From UHGV virus genome UHGV-1364479: DNA of 47,010 nt; one strand, 5' to 3'. Source of the stretch: a virus. Under the pieces are notes generated by a model. The model was not told where the DNA came from and searched no databases. It worked only from the letters and a program-made list of their open reading frames with translations. Each line of letters begins with the position of its first letter. Within the stretch, counting starts at the first letter, position 1. This document shows, one piece after another, positions 20,401-28,830 of the stretch. The translations under genes and the position numbers were made by a program.

Positions 20401-20856
20401 TTACTTACTCTTATCTGCACTAATCACCTCTATCTGCACCTTATGGATTGCACCATCACCATCTGCACCTTCCGATTCAGGCTTATCTCTCCATAGTTTT
20501 GGTTGTCTGTTTTTTAACCAAAAAATCATTGATGTAGGGTCTGGCGGGTATCTCTTTATTGTTGGTGTAATTACGATTTCACCATTGACGGCCTTAATGT
20601 CGTCTTCTGGGTGCTCATACCCAGTGGCTCTACTGAACAATGCTTGAGCAACTCGTGCATCAGCAATTTCCTTCCCTCGCCTTAAGGACTCAAGAAACGA
20701 CGGGTGTTTGTGCTTCCACGCGTTTATTGTTTGCTCGCTCACATCAAAGAAAGTGGCAAGCTGTTTATCAGTAGCGCCAAGCAGGCAATAGTTGTACGCC
20801 TGCTCGTCGTACTCAGGTTTGTATTCTGTCGGTCGCCCGATTGGTTTGTCTGACAT
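20401..20856 (-). CDS. terminase small subunit
   Basis: 151 aa with N-terminal HTH (ATDKQLATFFDVSEQTINAWK); first gene after terminator and TTGTGATAGAAT element. Confidence 0.6.
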   Translation of the reverse strand: MSDKPIGRPTEYKPEYDEQAYNYCLLGATDKQLATFFDVSEQTINAWKHKHPSFLESLRRGKEIADARVAQALFSRATGYEHPEDDIKAVNGEIVITPTIKRYPPDPTSMIFWLKNRQPKLWRDKPESEGADGDGAIHKVQIEVISADKSK

Positions 20857-20875
20857 AATTCACCTCTTGATATTT

Positions 20876-20894
20876 ATGTTTATTCTATCACAAA
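20876..20894 (-). promoter_or_regulatory. extended -10 promoter element TTGTGATAGAAT upstream of terminase small subunit
   Basis: Same 12-mer as upstream of lysis cassette (11842-11853). Confidence 0.4.
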
Positions 20895-20895
20895 G

Positions 20896-20923
20896 GCAAA
20901 AAAGAACCCGCACAAGGCGGGTT
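20896..20923 (-). terminator. minus-strand terminator (AACCCGC-CTTG-TGCGGGTT + U6) ending the early leftward operon
   Basis: Hairpin 20905-20923 followed on minus strand by TTTTTT. Confidence 0.6.
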
Positions 20924-20968
20924 AAAGGCTGGGTGATGATATGAGTGAAAGCAATGGTGGTTATGCGT

Positions 20969-21208
20969 TTATTGTACACCATGATTATCACGCTTGCCAG
21001 CATAGCACCATGCATTTTCATCACGAGTCTGCACATGAACGATTTCAAGAGCATCCGGAAATGTCTTTGCCACCTTCGCTATGAAATCGTCCAGCTCATG
21101 CTGCTTTGCAAGTTGCCACACTTTCTGTTTAGTGGTTTGCATTAGCAAAAGCCCTAGTTGAGCACATGCACTTAATGTCGTGAACACCAGTATCAGGCAC
21201 AACCTCAA
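20969..21208 (-). CDS. putative lipoprotein with TTG start (possible superinfection-exclusion type)
   Basis: N-terminus MRLCLILVFTTLSAC = signal peptide + lipobox LSAC; SD TAGGT 7 nt before TTG 21208. Confidence 0.4.
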   Translation of the reverse strand: MRLCLILVFTTLSACAQLGLLLMQTTKQKVWQLAKQHELDDFIAKVAKTFPDALEIVHVQTRDENAWCYAGKRDNHGVQ

Positions 21209-21308
21209 TGTAATTACCTATCTGTACCATCATGTAGTGACACGTCTTCATGCTGTCCCAGTAGCGTTCCCACATGTTTTGCATTGCGTCGCTAATGTCG
21301 TTAAACAT
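21129..21308 (-). CDS. hypothetical protein, 59 aa
   Basis: Internal ATG 21308 preceded by AAAGGAGTGG; longer track ORF lacks RBS. Confidence 0.45.
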   Translation of the reverse strand: MFNDISDAMQNMWERYWDSMKTCHYMMVQIGNYIEVVPDTGVHDIKCMCSTRAFANANH

Positions 21309-21621
21309 AATGCTGCCACTCCTTTCTAACCCACGTAATGCGGTTGTTGTTGAGATGAGCTTCACCATTACTGATCTCATTGCCGTAGTCGTCTCTGCCA
21401 GTGTTAAACGGGTACAGTGTGCTAAGCCCGGCGCGGCCAAACTGTGCTTTCATTACGGCGGCTGCGCGGATACGAAAGGTAATACTCCATCCTTGTTGAA
21501 ATCCGTAGCTGGATAACGCCCCACACAGTCCGGCACGACGGGTAAATGGGCAACCTTCAATTGCACCGCAGTGCACCCAGTCGCTATACGCTTTATAGAA
21601 ATCCTTCAGCTCTTTACACAT
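21301..21621 (-). CDS. hypothetical protein, 106 aa
   Basis: ATG 21621 after GGAG. Confidence 0.45.
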   Translation of the reverse strand: MCKELKDFYKAYSDWVHCGAIEGCPFTRRAGLCGALSSYGFQQGWSITFRIRAAAVMKAQFGRAGLSTLYPFNTGRDDYGNEISNGEAHLNNNRITWVRKEWQHYV

Positions 21622-21717
21622 AATGCACCACTCCTGCAATAGCTGCTACCAATGCCATCGCATAAACAGCAAGGAAGATTTTAGCGCCAGTGGTGTATCG
21701 GCGTCGTTGGTGTCTGG

Positions 21718-21975
21718 TCATTCGTCATTCTCCCGCCCTAGGTATGAAAGAGATGTAACTGCATGGACTATGAATCCATCACGATTAATTAAACCCTTAA
21801 GCGTTTCAATGTCTTCTTGCGATTTAATCCTGAAGTTAAGCTGCGCAATTCCTGACACTGATGCCGCCCCGCCTTTTGTTACTGCATGGTAATGATAAAT
21901 ATATCTGTTGCTCATCCATACATCTCCACTAAAGCGTGCGCCACATAGAGCGCACTGATAATCAATCTTGCTCAC
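21718..21975 (-). CDS. hypothetical Cys-containing protein, 85 aa
   Basis: ORF; CALCGA motif. Confidence 0.45.
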   Translation of the reverse strand: MSKIDYQCALCGARFSGDVWMSNRYIYHYHAVTKGGAASVSGIAQLNFRIKSQEDIETLKGLINRDGFIVHAVTSLSYLGRENDE

Positions 21976-22429
21976 TGATTGCCTTCTGGCGAAGCTGTGC
22001 TGCTACGTCTAAAGCATCCAGTGCGGCGCTTGAATGATAAAAATACCCTTTGCGGTTAACTTCTTTCAAAGCCTCGGCTCTTTCCATGTGATACTTCACA
22101 ACCATATCCACCCCGATAGCATGCCGTTCGTTCACCCATGCGTCAGTGACTGAGGTTGTGACGCGAATGCTGTCTCGAAGGATAAAAAATGCATCAAGCA
22201 TTCCAGTCTCTGGAGCTTCATCCTGATGACTCTCATACGCATCAAGAGCCTTCATCATCTCATGCCCGAATGGTTGAGGATGCGCTGTTTTCAGTGCCGC
22301 ATTCTCCGCAGCCAGCGCCACGCATTTAGCTTCGAGTGCTGCGTAGTCTCCATAATCAACAAGACTTCCATTTTCGCATTCAAATACTGATGATGATCCA
22401 TTACATTCATAACGCTTAACTTTACTCAT
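21962..22429 (-). CDS. hypothetical protein, 155 aa
   Basis: ORF. Confidence 0.5.
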   Translation of the reverse strand: MSKVKRYECNGSSSVFECENGSLVDYGDYAALEAKCVALAAENAALKTAHPQPFGHEMMKALDAYESHQDEAPETGMLDAFFILRDSIRVTTSVTDAWVNERHAIGVDMVVKYHMERAEALKEVNRKGYFYHSSAALDALDVAAQLRQKAISEQD

Positions 22430-22662
22430 ACCCTAACCCCCATAATTTCTTCGTAATAGCCATCTTCTTCAAACTCAATCTTTGCGATTTTGAGAGCATC
22501 CTCATCGGTGATGTCAATAGCTTTGAATTTGCACTTTGCCGTCACAGTGTAGAGCACCAACAGAACTGGCTTGTTCCACCAGTAAGCGCGTTTGATGTTT
22601 TTTCGCACCTTGCAAAATATGCTTGTGCAAAACCAGAACTCGTATGTTTTCACTTTTGCCAT
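22426..22662 (-). CDS. hypothetical protein, 78 aa
   Basis: ATGA coupling. Confidence 0.45.
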   Translation of the reverse strand: MAKVKTYEFWFCTSIFCKVRKNIKRAYWWNKPVLLVLYTVTAKCKFKAIDITDEDALKIAKIEFEEDGYYEEIMGVRV

Positions 22663-22698
22663 ATCATCACCATTTAAAATAAGCCACCTGAATCGCGT

Positions 22699-22881
22699 TC
22701 AGAATACGATAATCAGCTCATCCATTACTCTGCGCTTACCTTCACCATTAAACACACGCACAACGCGATTTACGCGGATAGATTCCATTGCATTGCGTGC
22801 CTGCTTGCCCATAAAGTTTTGCGCGCCAACGTGACCGAGTTCCGGTTCTAGCTTCTCACGACGATAGATAGTCTTTGCCAT
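22699..22881 (-). CDS. hypothetical protein, 60 aa
   Basis: ORF. Confidence 0.45.
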   Translation of the reverse strand: MAKTIYRREKLEPELGHVGAQNFMGKQARNAMESIRVNRVVRVFNGEGKRRVMDELIIVF

Positions 22882-22965
22882 TTATTTCACCTCAGAGGAA
22901 TTGATGATTGCCTTAATGCGACGGCGATGCCACTGCATGATGTGTTCGTTATGCCAGTTGCTCAT
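22882..22965 (-). CDS. microprotein, 27 aa (MSNWHNEHIMQWHRRRIKAIINSSEVK)
   Basis: Strong SD AAGGAGTG 5 nt before ATG. Confidence 0.35.
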   Translation of the reverse strand: MSNWHNEHIMQWHRRRIKAIINSSEVK

Positions 22966-22967
22966 TT

Positions 22968-23063
22968 TCACTCCTTATACCCTGATTTAGAAACTGCCAC
23001 TGCAATAATGATGAATGCCACGATAACCAGGCTGGCGATAAGCTCGAATGGTGCGCCTGTCAT
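22968..23063 (-). CDS. membrane microprotein, 31 aa (MTGAPFELIASLVIVAFIIIAVAVSKSGYKE)
   Basis: ATGA coupled to upstream ORF; one TM helix. Confidence 0.3.
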   Translation of the reverse strand: MTGAPFELIASLVIVAFIIIAVAVSKSGYKE

Positions 23064-23206
23064 TTGCTTAACCCATATGCTGAGATTAAAGCCTGCATTG
23101 CTGCGTTCCAGAATGCATCAGCAGGAATACTGTTGTTCTGGCGATTAACTGCAATGCGCGCCATAGCCTGTGCATCTTCAAATTCTTCACGGTCTTTGAT
23201 TTTCAT
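23060..23206 (-). CDS. hypothetical protein, 48 aa
   Basis: First ORF downstream of leftward promoter; RBS GAGGGTGAAGAG. Confidence 0.4.
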   Translation of the reverse strand: MKIKDREEFEDAQAMARIAVNRQNNSIPADAFWNAAMQALISAYGLSK

Positions 23207-23236
23207 CTCTTCACCCTCGTTTGTTTCGATGAGTTC

Positions 23237-23265
23237 AATCTACATCAACGAAGATTCTACGTCAA
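23237..23265 (-). promoter_or_regulatory. leftward sigma70-like promoter TTGACG-N17-TAGATT (conserved family)
   Basis: Minus strand ttgacgtagaatcttcgttgatgtagatt. Confidence 0.55.
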
Positions 23266-23295
23266 CATGCAGAGAAAGAAAAAGCACGGCTAAAT

Positions 23296-23420
23296 GTTAG
23301 TGAACGTTAGCTTACATATATAGTTACATACATTACTAATAGTAACCTTTGTTTATTAACTCTATAAAGTATATTAAGATCTTCTTTATATTTATTATAG
23401 ATATTAATACCTTACGATAC
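23296..23420. other. AT-rich region (candidate DNA-unwinding element of replication origin)
   Basis: About 80% A+T over 125 bp with no ORF. Confidence 0.4.
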
Positions 23421-23426
23421 AGAAAC

Positions 23427-23459
23427 ACGAAAACCAGCGGTTAAGCTGGTTATTTTTTT
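23427..23459 (+). terminator. rho-independent terminator (AACCAGC-GGTTA-AGCTGGTT + T7)
   Basis: Perfect 8-bp stem followed by tttttttag. Confidence 0.55.
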
Positions 23460-23479
23460 AGTGGTTTTTAGTATTTTTT

Positions 23480-23710
23480 GGCTTCCCGGGCTTCCAGTGA
23501 TTTCTGGTAAGCGTTTTTTTCTTTGTTTTCAGTAGCTTCGTAGTGTTTTTTGTGTCGCTTCCCGCTTCCCAAGAAAATAATTTTTGAATTTTAAAACTCT
23601 CAATTTTTTTCGAAAATCTTCCCGGGGAGCGGGAAGTTGGGAAGCGACGACTTAAATAATTGATTTTCCTGTATTTCCGCTTCCCAAGCTGTTTTGGTTT
23701 TTTGGAAGCA
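23480..23710. repeat. iteron cluster: at least 8 copies of GCTTCCC(G/A) in both orientations
   Basis: CTTCCC at 23482, 23558, 23565, 23618, 23680; CTTCCA 23491; GGGAAG at 23631, 23639; 13-bp direct repeat TCTGGTAAGCGTT at 23505 and 23742. Confidence 0.55.
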
Positions 23711-23820
23711 AAGCTATTGAAAATAAAAGAAAAATTGCCCCTCTGGTAAGCGTTATACTCCTGTTGGAGTGTGCTGTCAACCAGCCGCACGGAACAAAGA
23801 TCATCCCCGTGTAAATGTGT

Positions 23821-23849
23821 TTGACTAGCTTCCTTTTTCACTTTATTCT
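23821..23849 (+). promoter_or_regulatory. rightward promoter TTGACT-N17-TATTCT for the replication operon
   Basis: ttgactagcttcctttttcactttattct, 27 nt upstream of first + strand gene. Confidence 0.45.
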
Positions 23850-23875
23850 TTTTTTACCAAACAAGAAGTGGAGAA

Positions 23876-24103
23876 ATGGCGATGAGCAAAGAATACCGAT
23901 TTGGCAGTGCGATTGGCGAGGTCTGGGATTTTGTGCGTGATATGTTGGTTGGTGATCGTAAGGAGTTTAACTTTGATGAGTTTACCGCTAATGAAGGATT
24001 AAGGGGATTCAGAGTTAACCTTCATAAGGTTGCAGTGCGGAACGGATGGATGTTTAAAACGCGAGCTAAGGAGGGTGGCTTGTGGGTAAAACGGATTAAG
24101 TGA
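23876..24103 (+). CDS. hypothetical protein, 75 aa
   Basis: RBS GTGGAGAA. Confidence 0.5.
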   Translation: MAMSKEYRFGSAIGEVWDFVRDMLVGDRKEFNFDEFTANEGLRGFRVNLHKVAVRNGWMFKTRAKEGGLWVKRIK

Positions 24104-24114
24104 GGTGTTTGGAT

Positions 24115-24537
24115 ATGAAAAGGTACTACATTGAGGCAATTGGGGCTGATGGTAAAAAGTTATATGCCAGCGGTAGATGTGGTTTTCTGCATGATTTTAC
24201 CTATGCGAAGTTTTTCAAAACAATAGAGGAGGCTGAGGGGTATATGGCGTGGCGGAAGCCTCATCTCACATGTGAAATAAAATGCAAGGAGCAAAGGGTA
24301 AAAAAACGGTCTGCGTCTCAGGTGGAACAAAAAACGACAATGGAGGGAGAGGCTCGCAACTTCGTCTACCGACTTGGTTTGGATAAGGGAAAGCATTTTG
24401 TGTTTGATGATTTTAAGTTGATAAAGAGCATTGATCAGTTGAGAACTTCCCTTGACAGGGTGGGTAAGAAGCTGCAAAAAAAATTCAGTGTCAAGATGGT
24501 TGCGCGTAATACCGCTTATGTGGTGAGGGTTAAATGA
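24115..24537 (+). CDS. hypothetical basic protein, about 140 aa
   Basis: ORF 24100..24537; ATG 24115 after GAGGTG. Confidence 0.5.
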   Translation: MKRYYIEAIGADGKKLYASGRCGFLHDFTYAKFFKTIEEAEGYMAWRKPHLTCEIKCKEQRVKKRSASQVEQKTTMEGEARNFVYRLGLDKGKHFVFDDFKLIKSIDQLRTSLDRVGKKLQKKFSVKMVARNTAYVVRVK

Positions 24538-26867
24538 TGATTGGTTATGAAGATTACCGCAAATGTGGCTTCCCTATTATTGGAATCCATGCAATGGATA
24601 TCGACCGCAATTGCACATGCGGTGATCCAGATTGCAATGCTGCCGGTAAGCATCCGGTTATGAGTAACTGGCAGCTTGGAGTTATATGGGCTGATGACCA
24701 GATTGAAAATATGGCTGAATATGGTCAATTGCAGTCATTCGGTGTCCTTGTGAATGGTTATCTGGTAGTTGATATTGATCCACGCAACGGAGGTAATGAT
24801 GGATATGAATCGCTTTGTGATGCCTTAGACGTAGAACTTGCTGACGAAGCTGGCTTTACTGTTAAGACTGGCGGTGGTGGTCGCCACATCTATTACAAAC
24901 TTCCTGAAGGAATAAAGCTGCGCTCTCATGACAGAAGGTTTAAGGGTATTGACTTTAAATCATCTGGTTTTGTTGTTGGCTGCGGCTCATTCCATAAGTC
25001 AGGTAACTTTTATGAAGCTGAGCATGGATCTCCTTCAGAGATAACTGAATGTCCATCTGAACTTATTGAGCTTTTGTTGCGTCCTGAGAGAACAGAAGAC
25101 GAGGTTTTCACGCTTGATAGTAAAAATTACAGCATTGCCGAAATGGAGGATATGCTCAAATACATCAAAGATGGTGATGAGTATGACCCATGGCTTCATG
25201 TAGGCATGGCTATCCACGAAGCTACAGAAGGCAATGGTTTTGAGCTTTGGGATAGATGGTCATCGCAGTTCAGCAAATACAGAGCTGAAGAGATGGACGC
25301 AAAATGGCATTCCTTTGGAAAGGACGGTGTTAGCGAAAAGATAACAGAAGCAACGCTGGTTTATCTCGCGCAAGAGGGAGGGTGGATAAGGCAAGTAACT
25401 TTTGAGGCTACGCCAGAGGAAATTGAGAAACTTGAGTCTTTCGAGAGAGAGATGGCAATGGGCGTTGGTGAATGCCCTGTAGAGTACAAAAGCGTTGATG
25501 TCCGTTATCCGCCTGGATTTGTTGGTCGCCTTACGGCGTGGATTAATAAGAACTGTGCAGAGAAGCGCGAGAATATTGCAGCACTTGCCGCATTGCATGC
25601 CGCTTCCATGATTTGTGGTGCATCATCTGATATTTACCTTACAAACAGGAAGGCCTTACCAAACCTGTTTGCTGTTGGTATCGCTGGTTCAGGTTCTGGT
25701 AAGGGTGATGTTCTTGCTGCGCTACAAAAGATAATTGATTGCTCAGGATTGAGTAAGACTGTCGCCGGTAAGATACGTTCAGAGCGTGCGATATATGAAG
25801 GTCTTTGCGCTAACCAGATGTTTAATATCATCATGGATGAGATTGGGATAAAACTTGGGAGTGTTGTTGGTCAGAAAGTAAGCGAGTACAACATGGCAAC
25901 CGCTGGTGCGATCATGGAGGCTTACACGTCAGAAGTTCTTTATTGTGACCAGCGGGTTACTGAGGATTTCATTAAGTCTTTCGAAAAAAGAAAGGCTATG
26001 CTGTTGATGGCTATTGAGGAAAATGAGATACAGGCAGACCCAGTTGACATTAAGTGTCAGTTTGATGATGTGATAAACAGAATCGACGGAGCTATAAGGA
26101 ATCCATTTTTTTCAATCTTTGGTGTGTCTACTGATGATCAGTTTAAGCGTCTTATTACTGAAGAAAACATTAAGTCAGGTCTTATGGGTCGCGCAATGAT
26201 TATGCAGGAGTTGCAGGAGATCGCTGACGAAAACGAAAACGTTAACTACTGTGATCTACCTATGGATATGCAACTGACCATAAAAACAATAATAAATGGC
26301 GGAACGGCTGGGCATAAAAACTGGACTGATTCAATCATTAGCCAAAAAGAAAGACGGATTATAAAAGCTACGCCTGAAGTTTCTCAGCTCGCTAAGGAGT
26401 TCTTCTCATGGATTAAAACCGTTGCAAGAAAGCATGTAGAAAACGGCACTGGTTATCACCCACTGATAAACAGATGCGCTGTAAAGGTGGCAAAGATTGC
26501 AGGCATTCTCGCGTGCGATACTGGCGTCATAACCATGGAGCACTTGAGATATGCGGTAGCATTAACAATTAAATCAACAAGCGATCTGATGATGCGTGCT
26601 GACAGCATCGCTGGAGCGAAGTCTAAAGCTATGGAAGAACGAATTGAAGGCATTTTCTCCATGGTTAAAGAATATGTGAAGCGAGGAATGACCAAAACAG
26701 CAATGGTTAGAGGGGTGGCAAAAGAAGGTGGTTATAAACGTGCTGATGTCGAGAGGTGTGTAGAGAAGTTGTTATCAGATGGTATTATTTGCATTGATGA
26801 AAATGCAAAAAGAACATCTCACAACGTAATAATTTACAAATTAACAAATGATGAGGTTGAGATATGA
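24534..26867 (+). CDS. bifunctional DNA primase/polymerase (AEP Prim-Pol + PriCT) fused to a C-terminal Walker-A NTPase (helicase-like) domain
   Basis: 777 aa; Prim-Pol motif YLVVDIDPRNGG...GGGRHIYY; PriCT-like WLHVGMAIHEATEGNGFELWDRWS; Walker A GIAGSGSGKGD. Confidence 0.75.
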   Translation: MMIGYEDYRKCGFPIIGIHAMDIDRNCTCGDPDCNAAGKHPVMSNWQLGVIWADDQIENMAEYGQLQSFGVLVNGYLVVDIDPRNGGNDGYESLCDALDVELADEAGFTVKTGGGGRHIYYKLPEGIKLRSHDRRFKGIDFKSSGFVVGCGSFHKSGNFYEAEHGSPSEITECPSELIELLLRPERTEDEVFTLDSKNYSIAEMEDMLKYIKDGDEYDPWLHVGMAIHEATEGNGFELWDRWSSQFSKYRAEEMDAKWHSFGKDGVSEKITEATLVYLAQEGGWIRQVTFEATPEEIEKLESFEREMAMGVGECPVEYKSVDVRYPPGFVGRLTAWINKNCAEKRENIAALAALHAASMICGASSDIYLTNRKALPNLFAVGIAGSGSGKGDVLAALQKIIDCSGLSKTVAGKIRSERAIYEGLCANQMFNIIMDEIGIKLGSVVGQKVSEYNMATAGAIMEAYTSEVLYCDQRVTEDFIKSFEKRKAMLLMAIEENEIQADPVDIKCQFDDVINRIDGAIRNPFFSIFGVSTDDQFKRLITEENIKSGLMGRAMIMQELQEIADENENVNYCDLPMDMQLTIKTIINGGTAGHKNWTDSIISQKERRIIKATPEVSQLAKEFFSWIKTVARKHVENGTGYHPLINRCAVKVAKIAGILACDTGVITMEHLRYAVALTIKSTSDLMMRADSIAGAKSKAMEERIEGIFSMVKEYVKRGMTKTAMVRGVAKEGGYKRADVERCVEKLLSDGIICIDENAKRTSHNVIIYKLTNDEVEI

Positions 26868-27286
26868 TTAATTACAAGTATCTGGTGATGAGAGGTTTGT
26901 ATGACTATTTTGAGTCAGAAAATCCTGAGCGCGCACACGATAACGCAATATCCATGATGACAGGAAAACACCTGATGGAAGTTTACTACTGGAAAATGCC
27001 TGTATTCCGCTGCAATATGGGTATCTGCATTGATGATGACGTACTGTTTTGTCGAATACAATATGAAAACAATGTTGGCATAGTGACAGCATCGTACAGG
27101 GATGTTGCAAGGAAATCCGGAAACTGGCATCCAAGCGAAGTATTTGCGGGTGACGCACTATTTAATTTCTGCAAGGCGTTTGGTGTTTTGTATGAGGATG
27201 TAAGCAAAGAGTATGGCGGAAGGCGTGAGAAAGATAGCTTGAGTTCCAAAGGTGTGACTAACTACAAGGATAAAACCCATGGCTAA
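26864..27286 (+). CDS. hypothetical protein, 140 aa
   Basis: ATGA coupling. Confidence 0.5.
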   Translation: MINYKYLVMRGLYDYFESENPERAHDNAISMMTGKHLMEVYYWKMPVFRCNMGICIDDDVLFCRIQYENNVGIVTASYRDVARKSGNWHPSEVFAGDALFNFCKAFGVLYEDVSKEYGGRREKDSLSSKGVTNYKDKTHG

Positions 27287-27584
27287 CTTGCAACTTGCCG
27301 TCAAAGGCGAATACTTCGATGCCATGCTCCGTGGAGAGAAAACGGAAGAGTATCGCCTTTTTAATGACTACTGGAGGAAACGCCTTATTAACTTTAAAGA
27401 TAGCGGGCAGATTGGAAGGAAGTACGAACGGTTAATTATCACAAAAGGATATCCAAAGAAGGACGATAAATCCAGGCGGATTGACATCCCATATGATGGA
27501 TGGACGGTTAAAACCATCACGCACCCTCACTTCGGTCCTGACCCAGTGGAAGTGTTCGCAATAAAAGTTAACATCAAAGCATAA
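27279..27584 (+). CDS. putative ASCH (PUA-like) domain protein
   Basis: 101 aa; N-terminal MANLQLAVKGEYFDAMLRGEKTEEYR matches the ASCH start pattern. Confidence 0.4.
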   Translation: MANLQLAVKGEYFDAMLRGEKTEEYRLFNDYWRKRLINFKDSGQIGRKYERLIITKGYPKKDDKSRRIDIPYDGWTVKTITHPHFGPDPVEVFAIKVNIKA

Positions 27585-27587
27585 CAA

Positions 27588-27609
27588 AAAGCCCGCAAAC
27601 GCGGGCTTT
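27588..27609. terminator. bidirectional terminator (AAAGCCCGC-AAAC-GCGGGCTTT)
   Basis: 9-bp GC stem; A-run upstream, T-rich downstream. Confidence 0.6.
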
Positions 27610-27610
27610 A

Positions 27611-27853
27611 TTATTTAACAATCCATTTTGTAACGGCTGGCCTTAAATCTTCCTTTCTGAAAATTCCACCAGTAAGCGCCTCGACATTAACCGCTGCCGT
27701 TGCGCTAATTCTTCCTCTTGACACCCACTGATTAACAGCCTGTTTTGACACACCAAGAAACCTTGCCAGTTGTGATTGCCCTCCAACATAATCAATCAAC
27801 TCTGACAGCTTATTTTGTTCCATTTCTCTTATTTGTTCTGCGATGCTTTTCAT
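27611..27853 (-). CDS. Cro/CI-type helix-turn-helix transcriptional regulator
   Basis: 80 aa from M15 (RBS AGAGGTAAACAT); HTH QSQLARFLGVSKQAVNQWVSRG; lone minus-strand gene inside + strand replication module. Confidence 0.6.
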   Translation of the reverse strand: MKSIAEQIREMEQNKLSELIDYVGGQSQLARFLGVSKQAVNQWVSRGRISATAAVNVEALTGGIFRKEDLRPAVTKWIVK

Positions 27854-27899
27854 ATGTTTACCTCTGCTATCTGTATGCAGCAATAATGAACTCAAAAAA

Positions 27900-27960
27900 A
27901 ATTTTCGTCAAGGTATTGCGTTTACCATCTAGTTGACGTATCTTTAATTCACACCAGCGA
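27900..27960. promoter_or_regulatory. intergenic regulatory region with inverted repeat CGTCAA-N21-TTGACG (candidate operator) and rightward promoter
   Basis: cgtcaa 27906-27911, ttgacg 27933-27938; TTGCGT-N17-TATCTT. Confidence 0.4.
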
Positions 27961-27987
27961 TATGCTGAGTTAAATCGAGAGGACACT

Positions 27988-28830
27988 ATGAGCTTATCAA
28001 TGATTCAAAAACCAAAACCATCAGCACCAATCATAACATTGGTTGGCACTCCCGGGGTGGGTAAGACAACTCTTGCGGCGCTATTCCCAAATCCAGTTTT
28101 TATTCAGGCAGAAGAGATAACCGGTGTTTTTGATGACTGGGATGATGAAAAGAAACCTGATTCATTTCCTGTTCTGAAGCGCGCTGACGCTAAACGCAAA
28201 ACAAGCACAAAGGATGATTTGCTATCACAGCTACGAGCATTAATTACTGAGGAACATAATTACAAAACGCTTGTAATTGACTCAATCACAAGCCTGCATT
28301 CAATGTTTGAACATGAGGTTTGTGAAAACTACGGTGTTGACAACGTTGGTTCTGCTGCTGGTGGTTACAACAAAGGATATATTGTTGTTTCTGAAATGCA
28401 CGCTGAAATAATAAATGCATGTAAGTATCTTCGCAAAGAAAAAGGGATGAGCATTATTTATCTTGCACACGCAGGTGTTAAAAAGATGAAGAATCGCCCT
28501 GATGCTGATGAATACACTGTTTACACACTTGACATGCATGACGCTTCAGTTTCTGGTTATGTGAATTTGAGTGATGCTGTTATTTACATCAGAAATGAGG
28601 AGTTTGTGAAAGGTACTGAGACTGATAAAAAAGGTCAGGTCACCAAGTTTGGTAAGGTCGTCCAGACTGGTCAGCGAGTTCTTATCACATCTGGTGACGG
28701 TCGAGTTGGGTATGTTAATGCAAAAAACAGATACAACCTTGAGCCTGAAATTCCTTTTGAAAAGGGTGAGAACCCACTTTTGAGTGAGATTAAATATTAT
28801 GCATCTCTACGAGATAACGAAACAGCTTAA
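27988..28830 (+). CDS. Sak4-like RecA-fold recombination ATPase (AAA_24)
   Basis: 280 aa; Walker A LVGTPGVGKTTLAALF; Walker B LVIDSIT. Confidence 0.65.
   Translation: MSLSMIQKPKPSAPIITLVGTPGVGKTTLAALFPNPVFIQAEEITGVFDDWDDEKKPDSFPVLKRADAKRKTSTKDDLLSQLRALITEEHNYKTLVIDSITSLHSMFEHEVCENYGVDNVGSAAGGYNKGYIVVSEMHAEIINACKYLRKEKGMSIIYLAHAGVKKMKNRPDADEYTVYTLDMHDASVSGYVNLSDAVIYIRNEEFVKGTETDKKGQVTKFGKVVQTGQRVLITSGDGRVGYVNAKNRYNLEPEIPFEKGENPLLSEIKYYASLRDNETA

Noticed and set aside
23480-23710. CRISPR array as a possible explanation for the direct repeats
   Set aside because: The repeats are 7-8 bp, irregularly spaced and in both orientations, with no cas genes. They are iterons, not CRISPR repeats.
23458-23841. 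127-aa minus-strand ORF (MKKEASQTHL...)
   Set aside because: It is low-complexity and Lys-rich, and it reads straight through the iteron and terminator region. It has no RBS, so it is most likely an artefact of AT-rich non-coding DNA.
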